DNA of 64,000 nt from Kudoa neothunni (Eukaryota; Animalia; Cnidaria): assembly GCA_964304625.1 (NCBI GenBank), contig OZ199840.1, positions 8,911,306 through 8,975,305 of the forward strand, in the 5' to 3' direction. The notes below the pieces were generated by a model, which worked only from the letters and a program-made list of their open reading frames with translations, did no database searches and was not told the origin of the DNA. Made by a program: the position numbers and the translations under genes. Positions 1-13,192 of this stretch are shown here, one piece after another (positions within the stretch are counted from its first letter, which is position 1; each line of letters starts with the position of its first letter).

Positions 1-171
1 TTACGATATTAAAATTCTAATTGATCATTTTATAGATAATCGAGATATGTTTTAATATAATTTTAAATGATATAAAAAACTTCTTTATCAAAAAATATGG
101 TAAAAAAATAAAATGAAATTGTTATTATATTAAATTATTTATACATTAAAATAGAACTCAACCAATTTTAA

Positions 172-1148
172 CCCTCTAATGATTCCAAAAACTATGAACG
201 CGTAATAGACTTTGGGATAAATTTTACCCCATCTTTTTTTTTTGAATTATAACACTTTAAAAAATCTAATAATCCATATTGTAGAATAGTTGACAGTTAC
301 GCAAAGTTAAAACAATTTTTATATGCGTGAATTGGACGATAAAACTTTTAACAATTTTCGCATCATTTAGAAGATTTTTTATCATTTTTCCTCTCATTGT
401 ATCCACATGTTTCTTACTTTACATTAAGAATAGATTCTTGTTGAGAAGCATAAAGATTATTGAAACCTGTTTTTATTGCTCTGTTTGTGGAATTTGTTGT
501 CAACAATGTTTTGTTTAATTGTTCAATGATTTCTTTAAGAAAATAAAGTATTTTGATTTATTTGGAGCAAATGAATGATACCAACATATACTTTTCACGG
601 AATATAAAAATGCTGCCACAACGGGTTAGATTTTGTGACGATTGTCGGCATGGTGGTATCTCTAGTTTTGAACGTAATGTCCCTACGATCAATTTTGTTT
701 TCAGCAAGAAACATCGATATGAAGACATTTTTGTCAACAACATGATGTTCATTCCCTTTTAAACAAAATTCATCATTAGAATCAAACATCTTAATATAAT
801 TCGCGCGCAAGCGCATTAATTAATTTATCTAACATTTCCTTACTTTCTACAACAACTGCACATAAGAATTTTATTATATTTAAATTCTAAATAGTTTACA
901 TTTTTTGATATATTTTTAACCAAAAAAAATATGAGGTAAATTTTACCCCAAGGACCATTACAAGATAAACTAAAAATTAAAACTTATACAATAATTTCTC
1001 GAGAATAATTATTCTGTAAAAACGAAGACAAAATTTGTTTAGAACTATAATTGGAATCGATTGGATATTGGTTTACTTTATACAAAGATATACCATTAAT
1101 AAAATCGTTTTGGGGTAAAATTTACCACAAAACCAAACCATTAGAGGG
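172..1148 (-). mobile_element. Internally deleted piggyBac-type DNA transposon
   Basis: TTAA on both sides (168-171, 1149-1152). TIRs are CCCTCTAATG...CATTAGAGGG. A subterminal GGG(G/A)TAAATTTTACCCC-like motif occurs at ~214, ~933 and ~1111. Minus-strand remnants 'LIVGTLRSK..IP', 'MLVSF' and 'HVDTM' resemble piggyBac DDE_Tnp_1_7 motifs. Confidence 0.8.
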
Positions 1149-1593
1149 TTAATGTTTTTACGTTGCATTACGCGCGTCAAAATCCAAACAACTCTGATTG
1201 TAACAATGCAAATTGAATAATGACAATATAATTTAAAAACTGCATACTGCTTCTAAGGTTTCTTCTACAAGAAATAAGCTGATCTTATTTTGTTTTGTAT
1301 CCAATAATTTTTCCTTAATGACACAAAGGATAATGTTTTGAACGATGTTAAATCACAAATTTTTCTTAATAATTTTCAACGACGAGTATTCACGAGGGAA
1401 CGATATATTTTGAAGCTATCTGATTTTTCAATTATAACAATTAAATTGTTAAGGATAAATATTAAAAATTAAAAACGAACTTTTTTCAAAACATAAATAT
1501 CCAGAAAAATTGTAGTTTTGAAGAAAACTTCAATTACGATGGTTGCCGAAGTGGGATTAATTGCTAACCCTAAATTTAGAGCACACTAAGTGA

Positions 1594-4500
1594 ATGGGAA
1601 CTATTTCCAACACCAATTTTGACTATAAAGACACAGAAAATTCTGTTTGTACAAATGATGGAGGTGAAATTATTCTAGCCACTGGTGGCTATGATCATTC
1701 GATTATATTATGGCAAGCACATACAGGATCGATTTTATCTACATTGAATCATCCACAGTTTGTAATTTTAATCTAAAAATAAATTTATTATTATATTTAA
1801 TTTGTAAAAACAAAATAGCAAGTAAATCAATTGACAATTCATCCTCAAAAATCTCATTTATTTTCTGCGAGTATTAACCGGTTTAAATGTTCTCTTCCAA
1901 TCGATAGCGACTATGTTTAGCTAAAGGTGAAATCAGAATGTACAATCTCCCCACAAACAGAAAAGATCCTGAGGTTTGTATTGCAAAAAATCACACTCGA
2001 TGATCCTTGCATTTAGTTGATATTCGATTCTGGCAAAAGTAGAAATATCACTGGAATAGATATTCAAAAGAATGGATCATGGATGGCTTCTTGCAGTGAT
2101 GATGGTCAAGTTCATATTTGGTGTTTGAAGTGAGTGTGATTTCCAACGTTGAGCCTAGTTCCCTCAAAATGAAATTTAATGCATAGAGGTCAAGGTGGGA
2201 ACCAAGTGATGAATAGAATAGATGAGAACCATAAATATAGTCTTGTTAAAATTCATCCAAACCAAGTAATAGTTATTAGAAGTAGCCTAGCTACCGTTTG
2301 AACTCATTTAATAAGCTATTCTACGTTTTTAGGTGCACCTTTATTTGGCGAGGGACAAATCGGATATTGTTTTGTGGGATTTAAGAAATAATAAGACATT
2401 AGTTATTGTAATTAAATATAAAATAATAAATAATGTTTAATTTAACTTTGGTGAAAAACAGACACCAAAATTGGACCCTAACGACATTCTTACAAGTCGC
2501 AATATGCGTTATACTTCATTTGCAGTGGAGCCGTATTCGTCGGCGTTAGCAGTCACCTCAATGTACACTGTAATTTTAATTAGAATTTAATTGCTTTTTT
2601 TACATGTTATTCTGATGTATTGCATATTTAAAGAAAAGTGTGTTTAAATTGGTTCAAAAATCATCCTTAAACGACCCCTCCCGAAACCGCCAACACCGAA
2701 TTAGATTATGAATGGGACAAAAATTTTGTAGCGAACAACAGTCGAGATTTTATCCACACACTACACTGCACATTCAGTTACGATTCTACCTTTTTCGCCT
2801 GTTCCTATTCGGATGGAAGTGTGGCTGTTTACAACACCAACGATGGTACACCCTTTCTCACCCTTAGTGATGACACTTGTAATGATTGGGTTTGGGATTG
2901 TGAATTCACTCCGGATTCACGCTACATGTTCACAGGTAGTTTATCGTTTATTTCAGTTGAACCAAATGAATTGTTATTGATCATTTTAATAAGTTGTTCT
3001 GCTTTAAATCTTGTCCTCAACAATTCATACCAAATAATTACTTAAGTCTTAAGTTATCTCCATAGTATCATTTAAAGTTACTTTAGCTATTGTTATCAAT
3101 TTGTGAAATAATTCAGTGATGATATTTTCAATTCCTTTTTAGTAGAAGAGTTTATTAGTCTGCTCGAATTAATTCCCCTATTTATAATTTTTTTGATTAA
3201 TTATTATTAATTATTTTTGAGTACAGCGAGTAAAGCGATGAAATACGTGTAATATAATAAGTATAAAAATTAATTCAAAAATTAGTTTAAAAAATAGTGG
3301 CACTTACGCGAAAATTGGATAAATTGATCCCACTAAGGTAGGTGAGATTAAATTAATTTTTACTTGTTTTAACGTCACATTAAGATCTATTAATTTATTT
3401 TATTCGAATATTTGTTGTAATTATACAGTATAATTGGTAGGTATGGGGTTTGAACGACATTTAATTTATAATTTTAATGATTGATTCTCGTCAGCTCTTA
3501 TTCCAATTGTGGTGGTACTTTTTCGAAAAATAATAATTTATGATACAGAATTACCTGAACTAGAAAAATAAGTGAGCAAGGTTGTTAATCAAGACAAATG
3601 TAAGAAAAGAAAACCCCATCGAAAAAATTTCGATTAGTCTTGTAATTCATTTGAATTATTATCGACGGAAAACATAGAATGAAAACTTTCTGATAATATC
3701 CTAAAAGAATATGAGATTTTTGTGTTTATTACCGATTAAATATTAGATGGAATATTGTTTTTTAAAAATAAACGTTTTAAGAATATCTGTCTGAATTTTT
3801 AAAAAAGTACATGATTGTGAAGAATTCGCTTGAGATGAGTTTATGATATTTATTGATTCATATTTTTCGGGGATAAATAAATATTATTTTTAAAAGAACA
3901 TTCAACTAGAAAGGATTTTAACTATTGAAAATATGTCAACACCACCTAAATGATGTGAATGATGATGTGATGATGAGTGAATGATGATGATGTGAATGAT
4001 GATGTGAATGATGATGATGTGAATGATGATGATGTGAATGATGATGTGAATGATGATGTGAATGATGATGATGTGAATGATGATGTGAATGATGATGATG
4101 TGAATGATGATGATGTGAATGATGATGTGAATGATGATGATGTGAATGATGATGTGAATGATGATGATGTGAATGATGATGTGAATGATGATGTGAATGA
4201 TGATGTAAATGATGATGTGAATGATGATGTGAATGATGATGTAAATGATGATGTAAATGATGATGTAAATGATGATGTAAATAATGTGCTGGTTTCTTTA
4301 AACTCTTCTTATGACGGAATTAAAAAATCATAGATGCTTTATAACGCATTAACTTCAATTTTTTGAAATAATACAACGTTACTGAATACTTGACATCTGA
4401 CAGTCGATGGAATGTCCAGAAAATTTAAAGTTAAGCACCTTTTTAAGCAATAGATACCTTCATAACTTGCGTAATATGGAATTAAAAACATTATTCATTT

Positions 4501-6667
4501 TTAACAATTGACGTTTATTTTGTTTTTTAATATGTTGGGATCAATAAAGTAGATAATTCATCTCGAAATGTAGTATTATGCTTAATGGAGTGAATATTAG
4601 TTCTGTAAGAAACATCACATTAGGTAATTAGATAGCTGGTTTACCTCAATTCTCCTCCTATTCGAAGACTTGTTAAAATATGAAATCATTCCATGTGGTG
4701 TCAAAAGGAAAAATTAAAATTGATCCTTATCTTAAAAACTGAGATATTCGTCTATTTTAGCATTTATTAATGATTTAACATTTTAAGCCTATATTCCTAA
4801 TAAAAATGACGAACCAGATATGACCTTGGATTGTAGCGAAAGAAATGTGGTGTTAATATTATGGATCAATGTGTTTCAACGTATACATGCAAATGGAAAC
4901 GTAACCGCTTGCCATACATATGCAACAGTTGCAACATATGCAACATTTTCACAATTACTCAATGTCTTCACAGTTTTCAAATATTAAAATTTTGTAATCT
5001 ATCGTAACGGTCACCTAACGTAAATTATATGTCACGTAAACCACATTATAAAATAGTTATAATTTATCGAGAGTAAGGATCGATTATTCTCGTTATATTT
5101 TTGACTCATGGTTTCGCTGCGTTTCTAAAAGACATATCAGAAATAAAAAAAGTCGTCTACTCTAACAAGAAAATAAATGTAAATAAAATAAATACAACTG
5201 TTATTAAATGAAATGTTTTGATTTTTTTCATGTCTTATGGCCAATAATTAGACGAAGACGGAGCTCAATATCAATATCAATATCAATTTAAGTTTAAGAT
5301 ATTCATAAATCATTATTCGTGAATGAACTAGATATATGAATATTTTAGCGCCAAATATCAGATACGAATAGTAGCATCTTTTTCATTTTCTAAGTGTTTT
5401 AATTATAATAAATATAGTAATTAAATGAGAAAAAAAACTTAATCTTGACACAATTAAATATTTCTTATTTCTTAATTTTTTTTAATTTTTGTTGTTGGGA
5501 TATTTGTGATTTTAACTAAATGATTTATTTTCGAATAAAACAATTATCATTTTTATTTCATATACTCATAAATAGAAAATAGTAGATTTAAACACAATTA
5601 TTCTTCAGTAAAGTTCATCAGATAATGACTATTTGTTTATCAGATTTATTTCACCTTCGATTTCGCGCGCAGCACACATATTTTCGAGAGAGATTCTTAT
5701 TAGTTGGAATCGATACATTATATACAAAGCATACTCGGTCGTAGAATTTTTTCGTTGATTTAAAGTGTGCGTTTCTCGAGAAGCGCTGCTACAAACAGAT
5801 TAAGTTAAACCATCAATAATATTGAAAAATGTTGGGAAACACTGGTTAATAACAAAAATTCAGCTAAAGACATGAGCTGTTTTAATTGTGATTCACCACT
5901 TAATAATGTCGTTGTATTTAAATCTTGGATTCCTTTTCAAAGTTACTTCAAAGCTATCTAAAAAAATTTTAATAAATTATTAATCCACTGGTGATTTGGA
6001 CTCCAAAAAATTAATCTTCACCTAAGTGCTCGAAAGTTAACTATTTGAGGTTAATAATAAAGTCATTTTAATTTTCCACCCACACAAATTACAAAAGACC
6101 GTAATATCTTCACAAAAAAGAAGAAATAAAAATCAGGAATCTATTTAAACCTCGGTTACATTTCATTCCTAAGGGGTCTGAATTAGTTCCTTAGACTATC
6201 AAATATTATAAATGACTCATGGTTGATTTCTATCGCCCGTTGTTCATTACAATTTTCAAGTTGATATATTAATCTTTTCTGACTTGCCTACCTATGTCTT
6301 TATCCGGATGAGTTGTTTAATGATAGTTACGAAAACAGCCGAGTGCTAAATTACCATGGCTAAAACTAAAACAAATGATTCTAATACTCTAAATGTAGTT
6401 ACCACTACACATTATTTATTTTCCACCTTAATAAAAGATTTTTAATATAATTTCTACCCAACCAACTTATCATAAATATAACTAGAATAGATTTTTCAAT
6501 AGTTCCACTTAATCTTATATAATAAATTCTAATCTGTATGTTAATTATTTTGTTGTTTAGCTTGTGCCGATGGCAATATTCGATTGTGGTCGTTGGAAAC
6601 ATGTACCAAAGTTCGTGAATATGTGGGACACAGGGGTTGTGTTACATCACTCGCCTTTCGTGATTGA
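1594..6667 (+). CDS. LST8: TOR complex subunit LST8 / G-beta-L (WD40 repeat), multi-exon
   Basis: Spliced exons read 'IILATGGYDHSIILWQAHTG..NHPQF|QVNQLTIHP', 'EIRMYNL', 'GSWMASCSDDGQVHIW', 'IHPNQ', 'WVWDCEFTPDSRYMFT'. The last exon (6561-6667) reads 'CADGNIRLWSLETCTKVREYVGHRGCVTSLAFRD*'. All match mLST8 motifs in order. Most introns are tiny; the last is ~3.6 kb (2936-6560). Confidence 0.92.
3949..4283. repeat. Compound microsatellite (GAT)n-GTGAAT in the last LST8 intron
   Basis: Tandem 12/15-bp units GTGAAT(GAT)2-3. These produce the 'VNDD(D)' ORF 3977-4333. Confidence 0.95.
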
Positions 6668-6959
6668 TCGAACCCTGATTATTATAACATATGCCGTCTT
6701 TGGATGTGATTGTTTCTACATTTTTAATTAGCATTTGTAATTTGTTTATTTTATCTCGATGGAATATCCAATTTGAATATTTCGTGTTGTGTCAATTTAT
6801 TGCGTTAATCCCAGGATTATCGTTACGCAATTTTCGTTTTAAGCGTGCGCAATCATAATTTATTCTCTTAGTCTGTTGTATATAGTGGATATCTGAATTC
6901 CACCCAGAACAGCCATACAGAAACGAATACTCAGATCGGTAAGAAGGGTGACAGTTGAA

Positions 6960-9266
6960 ATGAAAAATTTGTTACCTGAGATTGGGGTGGAAGACGCGGT
7001 ATTACAATAATTGATTATTATTATTACAATAATTGGATCCAAATTGTTTTTTGAAAAATTAGAAGAACAATCCATTTCTTATTGGCGAGAGCAATGAGGA
7101 TGTTGCTCAAAATAATGCGCAACAAGATAACGTGGCCGACAATGAGTTGGGTCCATTTTTCACCACTGTATTATACACAAATCTAACGCTTAACTAATGA
7201 AATTATTCTATAATTAATTTTCTCGTCAACAATCAATATATTTTATTAGGTGGATAATGCACTAGTCACACTTGAACACATGCAAGAATCACTAGATAAA
7301 ATCAAAGTGCTTCAAAATGCAATCCTTGTGTCGCCTTCCGAGGATAGAGGTAGAGTTGTTGTTTGTCCACATCGAATTGAATATTGGTTGTTACTCAGAT
7401 GCGAAAAACCAATTAAACAACCACATGGAAAAATTTAAAGTCAACGCCAAATCAGTCAAAACAACAATAGATAAAATTGACAAACTGATAAAAGATGATG
7501 AAAAAGTTGCCAACACCAAACCCTCCCAATTACAGATGGAGAAAAATCAACACTACTCTCTTTCGAAAAGTCTCACCGAACTCATGACCGAATACTCCAA
7601 AATTCAAACTCAGTATCGTGACAATGTTGCCAAACGTATTGAAAGACAAGCTGCTATTGCAGGCCAATCAGTCACCTATGAAGATATCGAAGCTATGATT
7701 GAGTCTGGAAACATGAGCACACTTTTCGATCAGGTGGCCGCAACCGAAAAATCAAAACAAACCCTCTTCGAAATCGAACAACGTCATAATGATATTTTGC
7801 TGTTGGAACAAAATCTAAATGTGGACTTTCTCATTTGTGATTTTAGCTGATTAGGTTTTCGTTTTAGGATCTACATCAGTTGTTTACTGATCTCTCGCTG
7901 TTGGTTGATCAACAGGTAGTAGTTTTTCGAATAATAATTTTCTCTTATTCGTCAACTCAGGAGGTAGTTATGTGATTTTAATTGTCGTTCGCATATGTGA
8001 CAATTTAAAAATTCCCTCCTGTTCTTACTATTATTCGTATTGTTCATAATATTAGTCTTATTAATAAAATTTGTATTGTCAATAATATTATTTTTGTTCA
8101 TAATGTTAGTATTGTTCATAATATTAGTCTTATTAATAATATTTGTATTGTCAATAATATTAGTATTGTTCATAAAATTTGTATTGTTCATAATTCTAGT
8201 ATTTTCAATAATGTTAGTATTGTTCATAATATTAGTCTTATTAATAAAATTTGTATTGTCAATAATTTTAGTATTGCTCATAATATTGGTCTTATTAATA
8301 AAATTTGTATTGTTCATAATTCTAGTATTGTCAATAATATTATTATTGTTCATAATGTTAGTATTGTTCATAATATTAGTCTTATTAATGAAATTTGTAT
8401 TGTTCATAATATTAGTCTTATTAATGAAATTTGTATTGTTCATAATATTAGTCTTATTAATGAAATTTGTATTGTTCATAATATTAGTCTTATTAATGAA
8501 ATTTGTATTGTTCATAATATTAGTCTTATTAATGAAATTTGTATTGTTCATAATATTAGTCTTATTAATGAAATTTGTATTGTTCATAATTCTAGTATTG
8601 TCAATAATATTAGTATTGTTCATAATTCTAGTATTGTCAATAATATTAGTATTGTTCATAAAATTTGTATTGTTCATAATATTAGTCTTATTAATAATAT
8701 TTGTATTGTTCATAATTTTAGTATTGTTCATAATTTTAGTTTTGTTAATAATATTAGTATTGTTCATAATATTAGTCTTATTAATAAAATTTGTATTGTC
8801 AATAATAATATTATTGTTCATAATGTTAGTATTGGTAATTGCATGTGACAGTTGACTCATTTAAAATCGGCCTTGTTTTATTGTGTATGAAAGAACCAAT
8901 TATCTTTTTGAATCACAGATTAATTATTTAAAAGAGCGATTAAATTTTTTTGTTCGAACGCACACATAGCTATATCCTTTGCATTGTATTTTGACCGCCA
9001 ATGTCATTGTTAATGGTAAATAGGGAGAGATTATCGATAGAATAGACCTCAATGTGGATAACGCCGTCGAATATGTTCAAAAAGGCGAAATCCAGTTGGT
9101 TCAAGCTGTAAAGTTGAGAAGAAAGAATATAAAAGTAACTGCTTCTAAAATTTAAATTGTTCTAATCGTACGATGCTTTTTTTAGAAAAAAATTATCATA
9201 TGGGGAATTGTGCTTTTTATAGTTTTTATAATTGTTCTAATTATTGCCCTCAAACTGAAAAGATAA
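6960..9266 (+). CDS. Syntaxin (Qa-SNARE, syntaxin-1/4-like), multi-exon
   Basis: Starts MKNLLPEI. Habc helices include 'LTELMTEYSKIQTQYRDNVAKRIERQ'. The SNARE motif is 'LFEIEQRHNDILLLEQNL|DLHQLFTDLSLLVDQQ|GEIIDRIDLNVDNAVEYVQKG'. The C-terminal TM anchor is 'KKIIIWGIVLFIVFIIVLIIALKLKR*'. A long intron (7915-9023) contains a minisatellite. Confidence 0.9.
8030..8835. repeat. 18-bp-unit minisatellite inside a syntaxin intron
   Basis: Roughly 45 variant units such as TAGTATTGTTCATAATAT / TAGTCTTATTAATAAAAT. Frames are open on both strands (ORFs 7952-8860 minus, 8040-8855 plus). Confidence 0.92.
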
Positions 9267-9486
9267 CCCACATAATATTTACCCTACTCTACAATGGACA
9301 TATTTTTTCATATTTATTGGCCTATCTGTTGATAGGTGTGAAAATGATATAATTATTTTTCTATCAAATAAAATGTCTTATTTCTTTTTCTATTGTAAAA
9401 ATTAAAATTTTATTGTTATAATTTAATTTTGCTATTGTAAGTGTAGATTTTCGAGTTGCGTGCGCGCTAAATATTGAAGAGTTATA

Positions 9487-11328
9487 CAATAGGTAACCGG
9501 TTTTCCGTAGTAACTGATTTTCGGAATTTCTTCGTTTAAAATATTATTTGAATATTTTAAACCATATTTGATTTGATTTGATTTGATTTGATCTGTATTT
9601 GTTTTTTAAGAATAATCTGTAAAAATTAAAAACAATTGAACATTGGAAAAGCGTTTTTTGCACTTGACCGATTTTCCTTAAGTTTTCGACTATAAGCGAA
9701 TTTGCCGTCGCGTATTTTTTACTTCTATAATGCCTAGTAAACTTAAAAATATAAAAACTATCAAAGAAAAATATGAAGTTATTAAGTTCTTCGAATGTTT
9801 ACCTAACAGAGGTAGAGGTGCCAAAACTACTACTGTTAGTAAATTTGAGCTTCCCGCCATTTCTACTCTTGATGGCATCTTGAACAAGAAGGAAGATATA
9901 GTTTTATCTTATGAAACGGGTTTAGCCTCTTCTAAGAGAAAAAATCTTAAGCAAGATACAAACAACCATATCGATAATTTAGAGTATGACTGGATGAATT
10001 CCTTGAGATAAAAAAAATTGAATTATCTCCTCACGATATCGTACATAAAAGGAACCAATTGGCACAAGAATTGAACATAAAGGTTGCGGTGACCCATGGT
10101 TGGTTTCGTGGTTTTAAATCCCAATTTAATTTAAGAAATCTTACTTTCCATGGTGATGCAACTTATGTTGAACCAAATGTTAAAGAAAATTGGCACTCTA
10201 AATTGAATAACTTAGTCAAAGGTTATGGCGCTGACTCAATCTTCAATCTAGACGAAACTGCGCTGTTTTACCAGCAACAGAGAGGTTTATCACTTTAAAT
10301 GCCTATGTATTAATATTTTTAAGGAAAAAGATATGCTTCGTCACGAGAGACAAATTCTCACCGAGAAAAACATCTAAAAAAAGAATCACCATTTTGGTTT
10401 GTGCTTCTATGTCTGGAGATCGCATTGAACCTCTTGTTATTGGACAGCACAAAACCCCCCGTCGTTTTAAGTATGTTAAAACATTTCCAGTAAAATATGA
10501 GTCAAATAAGAGGGCTTGGATGACGGGAGAGATATTTAAGAAATATCATGTTAATTTGAATAATTTGTTTAAAACGAAGAACAAAAAAGTTTAGCTTTTT
10601 CTCGATAATGCTACCTGCCACCCGGAAATTCAATTGTCGAATATCTCACTTATATTCCTCCCAAAAAATTCAATGAGCGTTTTTCAACCTTTGGACCAGG
10701 GCATAATTTTTTCATTTAAATTAAACTACAAAAATAATTTGATAGAAAGCCATATTGTTGCAGCTCGCAGTGGCATAAATCCATGTTCTTAATTGAAAAC
10801 TCGTGGAATAATGTTTTAAAGGATACCATTTTTAATTGCTTCAAAAAATCTGGGTTTCCTGTAGCTGATGAGTGCGAGCATTCATCAAGTATCAATATGA
10901 GCAGTAGTGAGTTCTCAGTTGAAATTTCTGAAATGATCCAAGATGCCTACATCAAAAAACTTTGACGAACCTTCTCCTTCGGTTGTTGAATCTGCTAATT
11001 CAAATGGTGGTGATACTGATACTGAAACTGAAGATGAGGATGTGGTGGAATATATATCATCAAAAGATGTATTTAAATGTTTAAACACGCGAAAGAAATA
11101 CACGATAGAGAGAGGAATTGATTGACTAGACTCTAGACTCTAGAGGAAATAATTAATTTGGATCGCAAAATTACGAAATACATGTATAAAAATATAACTC
11201 CAAATAAAATAACATATTTCTTCAATAAAAATACGTGAGTATGTATAGTAAAATATAAATTTTCTTAAAATACTTGAATTTTTATTTCCCGCGAAGGCAC
11301 AAAATTACGGAAAATCGGTTACCTACTG
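9487..11328 (+). mobile_element. Tigger/pogo-family DNA transposon, full length, with disrupted transposase
   Basis: ~24-bp TIRs: CAATAGGTAACCGGTTTTCCGTA on the left and TACGGAAAATCGGTTACCTACTG on the right. TA on both sides. Transposase 9730-~11240 has a CENP-B-type HTH, 'GWFRGFK', 'IFNLDETALFY', 'YESNKRAWMTGEIF', 'FLDNATCH' and 'FQPLDQGII', broken by stops and frameshifts. Confidence 0.93.
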
Positions 11329-11439
11329 TATTTGCTTGGTTTAATACGTTATTGCGCGATAAAAATTACGATATATAAATAATATATTTTTGGAAACATT
11401 AAAACAGATTAATGTTTTTATTGAATCCTCGTTTCATAT

Positions 11440-11940
11440 TATGTTGTTACGCACATAGCATACTTGTTTTCTCCGTCTGATGATAAGCGGGGGACATAAA
11501 TAACATCGTTTTCGAGCGTTTAAATTGTTAGCTTCAGTGAAAGACGTATTATTCTCATTGAATTTCAACCTAATTGACTCAGAAGAACGTTTGAGGACGG
11601 GTTGACATCCATTTTTTTTCTTCAGCTCTTTTCTTCTCTTGGCTATTAATCAAAGAAACGGATAAGTCCAATAAAAATTCTGGTCGGAGATTAATTTTCT
11701 TCCAAATATTCCGGATTTCTTTGATAAGACACAATAAATGAATCAAAAGTAGTCACATAAACAATTTGTCAGTTGAGAGTTGATTTGAGAAATTCAAACC
11801 TCACATTATTGATGATGCACGTATTGCTGCTCAATTGTGAGGTTAACTTTCAAATAAAATAAAGCAAATTGCGATTGGCATAATCCTTTTTTGAGGAACA
11901 TCGGCTTAAAATCAAAAATTTCAAAATCATTGAAAACTTT
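11440..11940 (-). mobile_element. piggyBac transposase C-terminal remnant
   Basis: Minus-strand fragments 'EFLLDLSVSLI' and 'RKRCYLCPR' (Cys-rich C-terminal domain). Frameshifted; no termini found. Confidence 0.55.
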
Positions 11941-12358
11941 CAACTAGATTTAAAATAAAATTTTAACAATTTACGTGAAAAAGTAACTTTAACAAACATT
12001 TTTTGAATGAATTATATTTAATTTGCTACTGAGGTGGGCTTGTGGAGCTCAAAGTCACTTACCACCTACCACTTACTAAGGGTCAATGTGTTTGTTGTCA
12101 AATTATTTTTCATCCCTTTATTTTTTTACAAAAAGCTTCCTTCTATGTAGTAGCGATTTGTTCAACTATACTTTTTTGATTACTATTAAGAAACAATTTT
12201 TAAATTAATTGATCTTCCCAACAAAAAACTGTAATATTATTTACATCAAATGAATCTAATCATAAACGTCAATAACTCCTTATAAATTTTTTTAGCAGAT
12301 CATGTGTAGAGAAAGTCAAATGAAAGTTTGTATCAATGAAATTAAAACATTAAAACTA

Positions 12359-13192
12359 TTATGCATGGGGAGGACAAACACTTGCTGCTACACAAACCAA
12401 TCCAGGGTTGTTTGTTACAGCTTCAAACTTGAAATTTTTAATAAGATGAATCAGAGAATGAAGCATCGTTAGACACTAAATCAAATAGGCTTATTTTAGC
12501 ATCAAGACTTTATTGCAGATTGTTATTACCACATGAGACACGAAGGGGTTATAGGGATTTTTACAGATACCGTTATATGTTGTTGGTTTTTGAAGCCATT
12601 CAATAATGTTTTTCTGATGTTTCACCAAATGAGTAATTGAAGCCTTACATAATTTGCATTTATGATAATTGGAAAGATCAACCACTACTTTGCATAAAGC
12701 GCAGTCACTTCTATCCCCAGTGTAAATGACTACATCATAGATAGATACTTGAGTTGATTGAAAAACATTACCTTTGTTTTCATGACAGAGTATATCCGTA
12801 TTGCATAGATTTTCAGATGTAATGTGTTGGTCAAGGGTATTTTTGTAAGATTGCAGAATAAAATCAACATTATCGTTCTATTTTGTTAAAAATTATTCCA
12901 ACAATACCGATATGCTTTAAGTACATTTGTCGTTAAATTGTGTTTGTAGCCAACAAGCCATTTGACCAAATTGTAAGCTCTTTCTTTTTTTCTTGCCAAG
13001 TAACTTTCCACAGGTTCCAATGGTATACTCTAATTAAAAATTTTTGACCTTCAACTCCATTCAACCACTGGTTACATCGAAATAACTCATATCCAGTTCA
13101 GATGTTGCAGCAACATAGAAAAATATAATGATTGCTTAAAAATGTAAATTATGACAAATAACTTATTAGTTAGATGGTATGATACCTATCAT
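12359..13192 (-). CDS. Secreted saposin-like protein, copy 1 (7 exons)
   Basis: Spliced: MIAIIIFFYVAATSELDMSYFD|SIPLEPVESYLARKKERAYNLVKWLV...|..LDQHITSENLCNTDILCHENK|VIYTGDRSDCALCK|ASITHLVKHQKNIIEWLQKPTTYNGICKNPYNPFVSH|CLTMLHSLIHLIKNFKFEAVTNNPGLVCVAASVCPPHA*. The C-terminal CxxC...C...C...P-x3-Cx5C pattern is the saposin B fold signature. Confidence 0.85.

Noticed and set aside
3977-4333. 118-aa 'NDDV' ORF
   Set aside because: Translation of a microsatellite inside the LST8 intron; no unique coding context.
8030-8835. Possible CRISPR-like array
   Set aside because: Contiguous tandem units with no unique spacers, in a eukaryotic context with no cas genes.
8040-8855. 271-aa all-hydrophobic ORF resembling a membrane protein
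   Set aside because: Plus-strand reading of the minisatellite within a syntaxin intron.
12491-12685. ORF with a second CKLC motif (MVDLSNYHKCKLCK)
   Set aside because: That segment is the intron between exons 5 and 6 of saposin copy 1 (GTAG...TAAG), based on the paralog intron position.
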